64,000 nucleotides of DNA from Ancylonema sp. Lineage: Eukaryota. Every line of letters starts with the position of its first letter. The first letter of the stretch is position 1. The position numbers and the translations under genes were made by a program. This document shows, piece after piece, positions 40,349-51,699 of this stretch. The DNA lies in NCBI GenBank assembly GCA_050230475.1, contig JBFLGF010000158.1, positions 1-64,000 of the forward strand, in the 5' to 3' direction. A model generated the notes under the pieces. The model was not told the origin of the DNA and made no database searches. It saw nothing but the letters and a program-made list of their open reading frames with translations.

Positions 40349-40979
40349 GACTCTTAGACCCAAAAAGAGACACTGTATGCTGCTTCCTTGCCTCTTCAGA
40401 TCTATCTCCCTTCCGCAGCTTTTCTTTTCCGGACCCTGCTATATGTCAGAGTCGACAGAAAGTGTCAGTTCTCTGAAAAACGCTAGTGGGTCTGGGGCAT
40501 AAATCATACTAGTTGCGCCGTTGCTTCTGCCCAGGCCCAATGAGCCCAGAATGATTCATGATGTTTTTTTTTTGTTTTTCGTAATTGTTTTTCGTAAAAG
40601 AACCCCAGTGCTCCCTCGATATAAAGACCCTAGATATAAAAATAACCTCGGTATAACGATAGTTTGACGAAAAGTGTGCGCCAGACAAATTTTGAATAAA
40701 TATTTTTTAACTGCGCCAGGTGTTTTGGATTTTTTTGTGTTGGATTTTTGTACTGCGCCAAATTATCGTCGATATTATTAATTTATTTGCGTTAAAAGTA
40801 CGCGCCAGCGTGTTCAAAATAATTATTTTGTACGCGCCAAAAACGTGTGCGCCAGGCTAAATGGTAATTATTTTATGGCGTGTTATCTCTGGAGGTACGG
40901 GTAATATTATTTTGAATGTCTCAAGTTTTTTATTATTATTATTATTATTTTTTATTTTTTAAAATTCAATCGCATTATA

Positions 40980-41215
40980 TCACACCACGCCACGGAGTCG
41001 GACTCATGGGGGACATTATATGATGTCGGACTCGTGGCGTATGGTGCACGTTGTGCAAGAATACCATATCTCCGCATTGCGTTTTTTTTTTTTTTTTTTT
41101 TTGTATTTTAGCCTATGGCCCCGCCCCGAAAATTCCGCCCTGCTTTTCGCCCAGGACGAGCCCGCCCCAGACGGCGCCCCGGGCGAAAAAAAACTCGACC
41201 GGGGGCGGGGCCTAT
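40980..41215 (-). mobile_element. Fragment of the 17209-17727 MITE family
   Basis: Reverse-complement similarity to ~17217-17480 (CACCACGCCACGGAGTCGGACTCATGGG; GGCCCCGCCCCGAAAATTCCGCCC). Confidence 0.75.
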
Positions 41216-41669
41216 TGGAAAGTAATTGTAAAATTGCGGGATGTGTTTTTAGGGGTTATTTTGAGTCATGTGGATCGTCGAATAATAGATGGCTAGGCGA
41301 ATAATAGATGAGTAGGCAAGGGATATCGATGACTAGACAAAGGGGGACATTAATCACGGCGCCACAACTTTTTGGATAACGATAAGATTTGTCTAGAGTA
41401 AGCAATTCCTAGTCGATATAGGCTGGTTCCTGATTATTGACAATCAATTCGACCAAGACACTCTTCTGACGATTATCGATTTGATAATTTCCTTCCTCGG
41501 TGAATAGAGTCACATTTTCCGACGACTGCGTGACAGCCAACATGAGTTTGGGCCTGTCGAGAACAGAAACACAAGCCGATCATGGTTTCAGAGCTATAGA
41601 CGCCTTCGTAGAGAACGTGCATGTCAACTATGAGTTCATGACGCTCGACGTAAGACCAGCGGTATTTCT

Positions 41670-42498
41670 TGTTAGGACCCTCGCTATAGTCACTAGGGCT
41701 CCCTAGCGAGGTCCCCACACTTAGCGTTAGAGCGCTACTAGAGCATATTTCCCTATATGTCCCATATGTCCTTTGTCATGGCAGTTGTGCCTTTAGCCAG
41801 ATTCTGTTGTGTACTTAGCCGCCCTTGACTTAGTCATCCCACATTGTTCCTAGAGTCGGCTAGGGCCGACTTTCCTATATCTAGCCAATGGGAATGCCTC
41901 TAGAGCATTCCTATCAACTCATGTACTTGCACCTTCCATGTGCTTTCCATATAACCAACCTATCAACCATTTGGCTCATTTCGCCATCAACCATTGGCTC
42001 ATTTCGCCATCCTATTGTGTGTGCACTTGCAATTACTTTGCTAGGGGCTCATTGCATTCCGCCCCTAACACTTTGATAAGAATAAATTGGGGTTTCTTCA
42101 TTTTTGTGTACTTGTGAAAAACCCTTCTCGGCCGCCATTTTTTTTGCATCATGGTAGAAGCAATGCAAAGGATTTCGGAACAGATGCAAACCATGCAACT
42201 TGAGGGGGCCGAAATATCGAAAAAATCGGATGAAAATATATATTTTTTATTTGAACAAACCAACACACTTGCTGAAAATCAGAAAAGCCTGGAACGATTA
42301 CAAGGGGATCAGTCCTATCTACCTGGCCAGCCAGCACTACCTCCTGCTCCACCACCACCACCTACATCTGCCGACTATCCTTTCAGCGATCCTGAGAAGT
42401 TTTATGTCGACCCTACAAAACTCGTTGCTTTCCTATCTGAGGTCCGCCACTGCCTACTTCTGGCACCTAACATATTTCACGATGAGGGACGCAACATC
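41670..42498 (+). mobile_element. 5' end of a Tf1/sushi-type Gypsy element: 401 bp LTR, leader, gag fragment
   Basis: LTR 41670-42070 with 7 bp inverted ends TGTTAGG...CCTAACA. ORF from 42151 contains PEKFYVDPTKLVAFLSEVR (PEG10/sushi-like capsid start) and is cut at 42498. Confidence 0.78.
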
Positions 42499-42695
42499 TG
42501 GCGTGCTGTTTGGAGTCGGCCGCCCGAAATGATAGTTTCTATATTTTGTCACACTTGTTTTCAAATATTTATCAGAGGGATGCATGTGGTAATGCTCGTG
42601 GTGTTGAAGTGATGATGTCGACTGGGTTGGTATCGATGATGTTCGTAGGTGGTCGAAGCGTCTCTGGTGGACTTGGTGGTCCGGGTGCTCTCACT
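42499..42695 (-). repeat. Terminal repeat 'B', distal copy (~195 bp)
   Basis: Direct repeat of 43846-44031 (about 8 substitutions and one 11 bp indel by eye). Confidence 0.92.
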
Positions 42696-43843
42696 AAGTG
42701 GTATTGCACATTGAGTCTCTGCTGAGATATCAATATTTCTATCACACGTCTCAGCGGTCTGGTGAAATTCACTACTTAACGCTGAAAGCAAGCTCACAGA
42801 TGGTTTACAGTACAACAGTCTGTGAAAATACTGTAAAGCTAACTAGATAGTCTGGTGCAGACTATCAAGGTTAACAGCCATAAGAGTTACTTTCGGTGCG
42901 AAAGCAAAGTATCGACGGTGCGTCGATAAAAGATGCTGACTGCTCAAAAAGAGCGTCAGCAGTCAGGTGTAAACAACAGATGCTGGCTCGGAGCAAGCGA
43001 CAACAAATACATACACACAAGGGAAATTGCCGGTTTGGAGCGAACGCAGACAAATCGACAGATGCTTTACACACACACACACGCACGCTTGCTGGCTCAA
43101 AGAGAGCGTCAGCGGATCGATGTAAGAAATTACAGTCGATAGCAAGGCTGGCTCATAAAGAGCGTCAGCAACAGATTTAGATTAATCAAAGTAGACACAC
43201 ACAGATTGCAAAGAACGATTTGCAAACTTACCGTCTGGCTGACGGATGTCAGGCTGAGACGAAAGACGAGCACGTTGCGAAGTCGCGTAAGCGAATGGAT
43301 GCAATATTATCGGAATTGCAAGGATTTAGATAACACAGAAGATGGTAGGAAGAGATTTATTAACAGCGCAATCTGACAGCGGAAGCTGGCAGATCTGAAA
43401 GTACGAATTGTATTTTATCAAAAAGTTGTTGCGGAGTGCTAAGTGGCATAGTTGACTAGAGTTAAACTATCGAAGATAACGGCAGGCTGGCTTCTAGAAC
43501 ATTACAATTAGTCTCGGCGCTCCGATGAAATGGCGCGAGATATTACTCTAGTTCTACGACTGGATTTAATCGCCGGGATCATCGACAAGTCGAAAGGGAC
43601 TTGTGACTTTAACAAAATCGACACGCAGCTATTTGTTGAAGACTGCTGGATTCTAGACTTCGGAAAATACGCCACGCGTTATCTTCGAGTCGTACAAATT
43701 TCGTACTTCACTATTTTTATCGTAAAGTACTAATTCTATAAAATCGTTAAATCGAATACTCTCGTTATAGCATAGTATTAGTCTAAAGGGGTTTCTGAAC
43801 AATCTAGAGGGGTTTCGCCTTAGCGATCTCTAGCGTCATGACA
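42696..43843 (-). repeat. Terminal repeat 'A', copy 2
   Basis: Colinear with 4974-6127. Confidence 0.92.
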
Positions 43844-43845
43844 GC

Positions 43846-44031
43846 TGACGTGCTGTTTGGAGTCGGCCGCCCGAAATGATAGTTTCTATATTTTGTCACA
43901 CTTGTTCTCAGAAGGATGCATGTGGTAATGCTCGTGGTGTTGTAGTGATGATATCGACTGGGTTGGTATCGATGATGTTCGTAGGTGGTCGAAGGGTCTC
44001 TAGTGGACTTGGTGGTCCGGCTGCTCTCACT
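43846..44031 (-). repeat. Terminal repeat 'B', proximal copy, preceded by a polypurine tract
   Basis: Minus strand reads GGGGGGGGGAG|TGAGAGCAG...GCACGTCA, then 2 nt, then TGTCATGAC (start of A). Confidence 0.9.
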
Positions 44032-44267
44032 CCCCCCCCCGAGCTGTGGAATGCTTGTGAAGGAGCTAGGAAACAGCAGCAGACGAGTTGGTATAAGAAC
44101 ATAATAAAAGTTCGCCGTGGTTGAGTGGCAGGACTTTGAGGTGAAAGTGAGGCAGGATCATCATTGGTGGGTAATCTTGTACTTAGTAATGCGAACAGTG
44201 CATCAGGGTCAGGTGCAGATCCCTGAGTATAGGTAGGAATGGTAGAATCATCCAGATATGTATAAAC

Positions 44268-44364
44268 GGTATATGGTATATGGTATATGGTATATGGTAT
44301 ATGGTATATGGTATATGGTATATGGTATATGGTATATGGTATATGGTATATGGTATATGGTATA
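44268..44364. repeat. (GGTATAT)n heptamer minisatellite, ~13 units
   Basis: Directly visible. Confidence 0.97.
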
Positions 44365-44954
44365 ATCAGGGGAAGATGGTACTTCCAACAATTCTGGTAA
44401 ACTATCGGGGGAGGTGGTTCTGAAGGTTGGTGTTGAAAAGTGTGGTTGAGGAAAGAGAAATCTCCATGCTGTTTTTTATGGTATTTCCTTGTTTGGTAGG
44501 AGGTAGCATGAGATGTAGAATGAGATTGTCTCCGTGGTTGCTTCGATATCCAGGTTATGGTCGTGGGGTCTAGAATGGTTGTAGGATGGTTCCGAGTGTT
44601 ACTCGGTTGACCACGTAAGTACCGTGGACCAAAATGTCGTGGACCAAAAATAACAAGTTTGACCGTTGGGTTTTTAGGCCTTAATTTGGTTGTTGACAGT
44701 GGTTTGGTAGAATTTGAGGACCGTGGTCGTGGACCGGGTTTCGACACCATGTTAGGTCTTAAATTGTTGTGTTGACTTTTGACTGCAGTTGGTTCGCCCG
44801 TATTTTGGTTTTGACTGTGGACTTTGGAATTGGATTTGTTCCATCCGTGTGGTTTGACAGGATTGGTTGAAATATGTTGACCAGAGGATCTAGTGTCCCT
44901 ACCCCCCAGAGTCGAGGTCGGTAAATACCTTAGTTCCGAGGTGAGGGGTGATCC

Positions 44955-45790
44955 CTATGGTTTGGTGCCCTGAAGGATCTCCGCCAGGAACATGATGAGT
45001 CGTCCATCCATCATGTGGCCCAGGTGAGATGCGCGCATTGCGTCGGGAATGCGGCCATGAGCTGTGTAGCCCACAGGTCGTCCAAGAGCTTCCTCGATCT
45101 CGAATGGGGAAGGTGGGATGTACTACTGAGATGGTGCATCGAACAGCATACCAATCCCGGGTCGTCCATCCGGTCGGAGCGTATAGTTGAAAGTCTAGAG
45201 GTAAGGACTCAGAGTGGGAAAAACGGCCAGGTGGTTGCCCATGCGATTGATCGGATGGTTCACCGAGTCGGGAAGTGTCTGGATTTGTGCAGTGTGCCCC
45301 GGTTGAAGGATATTTTGTAGTGGCTCCCGGGTTTGCTTGTTGGGTTGCGCAAGTTCCAACTCGCGTGGTGTGATGTAGTTGGTCCACACCTGGGTTGGGC
45401 GATGGACGTGGCCTTGCAACTAGAGTGGTTGGAGCTCTACACCGTTTCCAAGGAACGCACGCGCCACGTGGTACAGGTCTTTCACCCAAGGAGGGTACTC
45501 GGGTGTCCCGATGTGGGTGTGGAAAATGTGCACCGGGCAGAATTGTGCGAGCCGCGCGCTGTAATGTACCATTTGATGACTGCGAGGAGTGGAGCGAGAC
45601 GATGGTCTTGACCGCCACGCAGAGGGCTGTAGGTGCGCTCCACTTCCGTATGGTAGTTACCACCGACCACGTCAAAGTTCAAAAGTTCATATTTGTGAAA
45701 GTGAACGGGCCAATTGAACGAGATATCGGCTCAAATCCAATGAGATGTAGCACGAGCATGGCCCGGTGAGTTTTTTGAACTGGATTTTAG
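44955..45790 (-). pseudogene. Second, divergent DNMT-like domain remnant lacking catalytic residues
   Basis: Reading through stops and frameshifts: NFDVVGGNYHT..DHRLAPLLAVI / VHIFHTH..AFLG..GHVHRPTQVWTNYITPRELELA..FPTLSPY..RPGIGMLFD..EIEEALGRPVGYT..MRASHLGHMMD. This is colinear with the DNMT at 2030-3030. Confidence 0.8.
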
Positions 45791-45984
45791 ATATAACGGG
45801 CTTCTCTACCCCGCCCACTTGTCGGATGGTCATAAAAAAGAGTGCGTTTTGAAGCTCTTGAAATCAGCTACCATTCTAAATTAAGATTGGTTCAATCGAA
45901 TCATTAAATCTTCAGATGCGCTACGTTAAATAAGCCTGCCCATAATTTCGACGGCCGGAAGTTCCCCCCCAGGGCCATACACTA

Positions 45985-46329
45985 CACGTCCGACATCATC
46001 TTATGTCATCCATGACTCTGGCTCCGTGGCGTGGCGTGGTTTAATGGGATAAAAATAAGAAAAAAAAAATGAAACTTGATATATAGAGAAGAATATTTCT
46101 CGGATAAAGATCGCAATCGTATTTAGTGTTATAAAATCTCGAATAGTTGTCGGATTTTGTTTTAAAAAAGATGTACTTGATTTACGTGGTCTTGGGATCC
46201 TTGTACAAAGAACCTTAAAAACTTATATAACCCCGCCCCGGACGGAATATTTTCCGCCCTAGGCGCCGCCCTCGACGGGTCCGCCCGGGGCGGAAAGCGG
46301 GGCGGAATTTGCGGGGCGGAGCCAACTAT
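45985..46329 (+). mobile_element. Right half of the 17209-17727 MITE family
   Basis: Colinear with ~17413-17727, ending GCGGGGCGGAGCCAACTAT. Confidence 0.8.
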
Positions 46330-47033
46330 TAAAAAAACCCCTAGCCATCCAGCCGTTCCAATTGCCGTCCTACTGCCCGACCGCCGTCCAGCCACGGACC
46401 GCCTGTGAGAGCAGTCGGTCGGATGGATGGCGGATTACCGGTTGGAAGGAGGTCTTGTAAAAGGGCGGCTGGCCGACTGGCAGTGGGCGGTCCGCAATTG
46501 GACGGCGGGTGCCCACCGTAGGTAGAACAGGAGTTGCATCGTTGACATTCGTAGTTGTTCTTGGCGTACGAGAAGCTACCTGTAATGGATTTAGTAAGCA
46601 AAACAGGGCATCCTGTGCTTGATTGAATTTTCCCCTTCTCAAACTGCAATTCGATATTGTAAGGGCATTACCTATGGACGCTGCCTCTTGCCTCTGATGT
46701 GACGTCATATAATTATGTAACCCGACCATTTTTGACGTCATATTCAAACGCTTGAGAGGCTAGCCGCTGACCACGAAAATCGCGTTCCCTATGGACGCTT
46801 TGAAGCGAGCCCGACCCAGCCCCGTTGAGCCCGGCCCAGCCCCAAATTTGTTACTTTGGCACACGTCGCCGAAATTTTCGTCCCCCCGCCTTTTACCCCC
46901 GCCTTTACTCCCTACTACCTGACATTCAGACCATTTTGGAGCACCAGTGCGTGCTCCCCTATTTGAACTCCGCAGCTATACTCCAGTCATAACACCGTAC
47001 ACGCAATGTAGATAGTCCGATTGTATCCGCGCC

Positions 47034-48430
<1,397 letters not shown>

Positions 48431-49554
48431 ATAAAAATAAAAATTATGAAACAATTGTCCAAATGCCATTTCATTATTAATGACTATTTTTTTCTTTATT
48501 TATTTTTAATTTTACTCATTAGTTATTTAACAACTCTAAACTGAGGACTATTGGCATCATGCGCGCACAAATTGGTTTCAGTTTGTGCGCAAGCTAAGAT
48601 TTCCCCCCCCCCTCCTTTGCTCTATTCTGCAAATTGCTGTCATCATGCGCGCAAAAACTGCAATCAGGTTGTGCGCACATAATGAAAATCATTTGCTGTT
48701 TGTTTTCCTGAGTTTATGTTTGACTAAATAATGTATGAGGAATGATGGCAGGACGGGTTCTCCATGCCACAGCCTGAAGTGCCTGCAGAGGCACACGGTG
48801 AAGTGCCCTTCTCTTGGCAAGCAATGCCCAAGGAGGCTGAAGGCACATTGCCTACACCAGGGAGGTACAAGTTCACTTGGCTGGACCTCCTACAAGGCAG
48901 GAACTACACAGAGTGTGCGGCCAGTTGCCTCTCGTTGAGGAGGTCCTTGGTGAAACATGTGTGGCAGTGAAAGGCAACAAGATCAGCATCTGAGTGAAGA
49001 TCGTTGCCTTTGTCAGAATGTTGTGTGCCAAGGGGAATGAATAAGTATTGCTCTAGTCATTATGAATCGATGTATTTCGATGATACAGACTACTGCAACT
49101 TGTCATTTTTTTTTAATGTGCAAATGTATGGATTGGTCACCAATCCATTCACAAATGAATGGTGTATGTTGATGGTGTATGCCCGAAAGATTACGAGGAA
49201 CATGAGATAATTCTGATGTTCAAAACGATAATTCGTTTTGCGAATTGGAAAATAAAGGACCTGGATGTAAAGCAACATAGAAAAAATGAAGATATGAAAA
49301 CTAGTAGTGATAATGTAGTAGTGATAATGTCGAACTCGGATTCACCATCTTCATGTTACGTTGTACAACAAGAAATAACAATGAACTCACACATATTAAA
49401 AAATTGGTCAAAGTTTTTTTGTGAACCTCTGACACACAAAGTACATCACAGTAGTGATGCCAATTTTCTCAAAACGATCACAACCCAATTACTAGTCCTC
49501 GCAACAAAAAGTAGTACACAACACCACGAATGGTTGTCAACATTCCAACTCTCT

Positions 49555-50306
49555 CTATTTCTCATCCCCGAAAAAGAAATCGACCTCCTCATCTTCGTCA
49601 ACTTCGTTGCCCTCCTCACCCTTCTCGGCACCTACATTATTATCTTCTTCACCACCTGCTACAACACCCAGCTCAGGACCCCCATCATGAATTGTAGTAT
49701 CACCCGCATCAACATCCACCTTCACGCCCCCTCTACCCCCCTTTTTATACCAATACTCGCCCGCATCAGGACCCAACCTCCACCCATTATCCTCCTCCGC
49801 ATTCAACCCACCCCTTTTCCATGATGGAATCCCCGTCCCGATCTCCTCTTCACTTTCTTCCTCACTACCCTCCTCACTCCCTTCTTCCTCGCTCTTCTCC
49901 TCAGTATTGTACCCATCATGTACAACTAGCTTCTGCTCCCAAATAAGCCAATCCCAAATGCGAGCTGTCATATTTAGAGTAGGCTTCAAGCCGCCTCCTT
50001 TCTCCCCGTCCACTACACTTTGAATCTGCATCACATCTAGGACATGTAGTAGTTTTTCCGCTACCCTTACTAGCGCTTGCATCTTACACAAATGCCTTTT
50101 ACACTTCATCTCCTCAGCCTTCGCCTCTTCAGTCAAATTAGCACATTCCAATTCTTTTTCATAAACAAGGTAATCCTCATTCGCCTCTTTCTCTGCTTTT
50201 CTAGCCCTCAGTAACCCCTCTCGTGCCAATATGATTGCAGGGCGATAGTTTATGGGCGGTGCACCAGGAAACTTAACGGTGTGCTTCCGTTTTGCCCCAA
50301 GATGCT
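49555..50306 (-). CDS. Acidic/coiled-coil ORF inside the Harbinger element (possible 3' exon of the Myb-like gene)
   Basis: 224+ codon open frame, Glu-rich; extends upstream to a pyrimidine-rich AG acceptor at ~50307. No known domain recognised. Confidence 0.35.
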
Positions 50307-50520
50307 AGGGATGAAGGGAACAAGGGGGGAGGGTAATATTACCATTGGCACTCAAGGGCAAGAATAACGAATTCATTTCAATTCATACAACATACCGATG
50401 ACATTGCAAAATTCAATAGACAAAACACGTGTAAAATGGGCCAATTTTGTTGTGAAAATTTCCGATGATGAGTACATGACGATATAAGAACACCCATAAA
50501 ACCACTGCCTCAAAGTAAGC

Positions 50521-50668
50521 TGTGGTCTAATGGAGGCCAGAGGTTTCCATATCAACCTGATCTTCATCTCCCTGCTGTGTATATCTAACGTATTGTGGTG
50601 TAATGGAGGCCAGAGGTCTCCATATCAACCCGATCTTCATCTCCCTGCTGTGTATATCTAACGTATTG
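50521..50668. repeat. 73 bp tandem duplication
   Basis: TAATGGAGGCCAGAGG..CTCCCTGCTGTGTATATCTAACGTATTG occurs twice. Confidence 0.92.
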
Positions 50669-50886
50669 CATGGCTGAACCATCACCCTGAGCATCCACAT
50701 GCTCGTCTGCATAGTACGTACCGCCCCTACCCCCCTCATCAGAATCCCTCTGACGACCTCCTACAAATCCTGTCAGATCCACTACATCACGGAACCTCGA
50801 CTTTGCCACCCGACAAGCAAGTATATTAGCAGCCTCATTCTCTGCCACATAAAACAAGGTCCTTTTCTTCCTCGCCTTCACGGCAA

Positions 50887-51690
50887 TCATTTTCTTCCTC
50901 CCCTTTCACCCGTGAAGTATTCAATATATTCTTGTGTAATGTTACCGAGGTTCTGACTCATAATGGCGATGTCGTTTCGCCTTTCCTCCGCTTCGACGCC
51001 CCTCGTCTCTACTTCCGTCATAGCAATTTTCAGACGAATACTATCCTCTTGCAGTTTGGAAAGTCTCTCGTCCCTCAGCTTCCTCTCCTGTATTGCCAGT
51101 AACTTCAGATCGTTCTCCTTCTTATTACGTTTCATAGTGGCTTTTCCAGGTGGCCTTACAGGCGCGGGGGTGTCGGTAATTTGGGCCGGGAAGCTTTGCA
51201 AGGCTACTCCCGCTACAGTATCCTGCGGATCTATCTCCAATCCTGCCTGTGGGACTACATTGTTCACTGTCGGCGTTCGATGCTTGGGATAAGGATGAAG
51301 TGCCTTCTAGCACTCTAACTCTTTGAAATCCTTGGTGTACCTATCGCTGTACATCGTATTTGCACGCACCAACATATCTCCTTCTGTAACTCCCGATTCA
51401 TTGAGAGCAACCACCTGTTGGTGGTACCCTTCGAAGGCGGCTACTCTCCCTAAAATTCCTTTGAACTGCTGGCTACATGCGCTTTGAGTCTTCGTAATGA
51501 CAACATGGTTTTCACCCTTTGCCGCCAAGAGGCGCATGTTGGCTAATACATCTGCCCAAAGTACCTTTCCTGTTCGATCCGCACCCCTACCGTTTGTGCT
51601 AGTAGCAATCCATGCATCGATAAGAAGGAGTTTCAGAGGCGTGTTCCAAGTGTCGCTTACCGAGCGATCAGGAGCAGAGCCTTCGGGCCA
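50887..51690 (-). pseudogene. Myb/SANT-like (NAM-associated) second ORF of the Harbinger transposon
   Basis: WNTPLKLLLIDAWIATS..G..GKVLWADV..CSQQFKGI..VAAFEGY..ESGVTEGDML.RA..MY....F..LEC*KAL..YPK follows the PIF/Pong ORF1 pattern. The conserved CW Trp is now TAG. Convergent to the transposase. Confidence 0.78.
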
Positions 51691-51699
51691 TGCTTATGC

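Noticed and set aside
40606..40860. CAGTGCTCCCTCGATAT pogo-like end followed by GCGCCA repeats
   Set aside because: No matching opposite TIR found.
43908..44750. 280 aa ORF with (YHIPYTI)n
   Set aside because: Low-complexity frame through a heptamer minisatellite and repeat B; no domain evidence.
46335..46810. Candidate left TIR of the Harbinger element (CCTATGGACGCT twice)
   Set aside because: No partner TIR or TSD identifiable, so element boundaries are not called.
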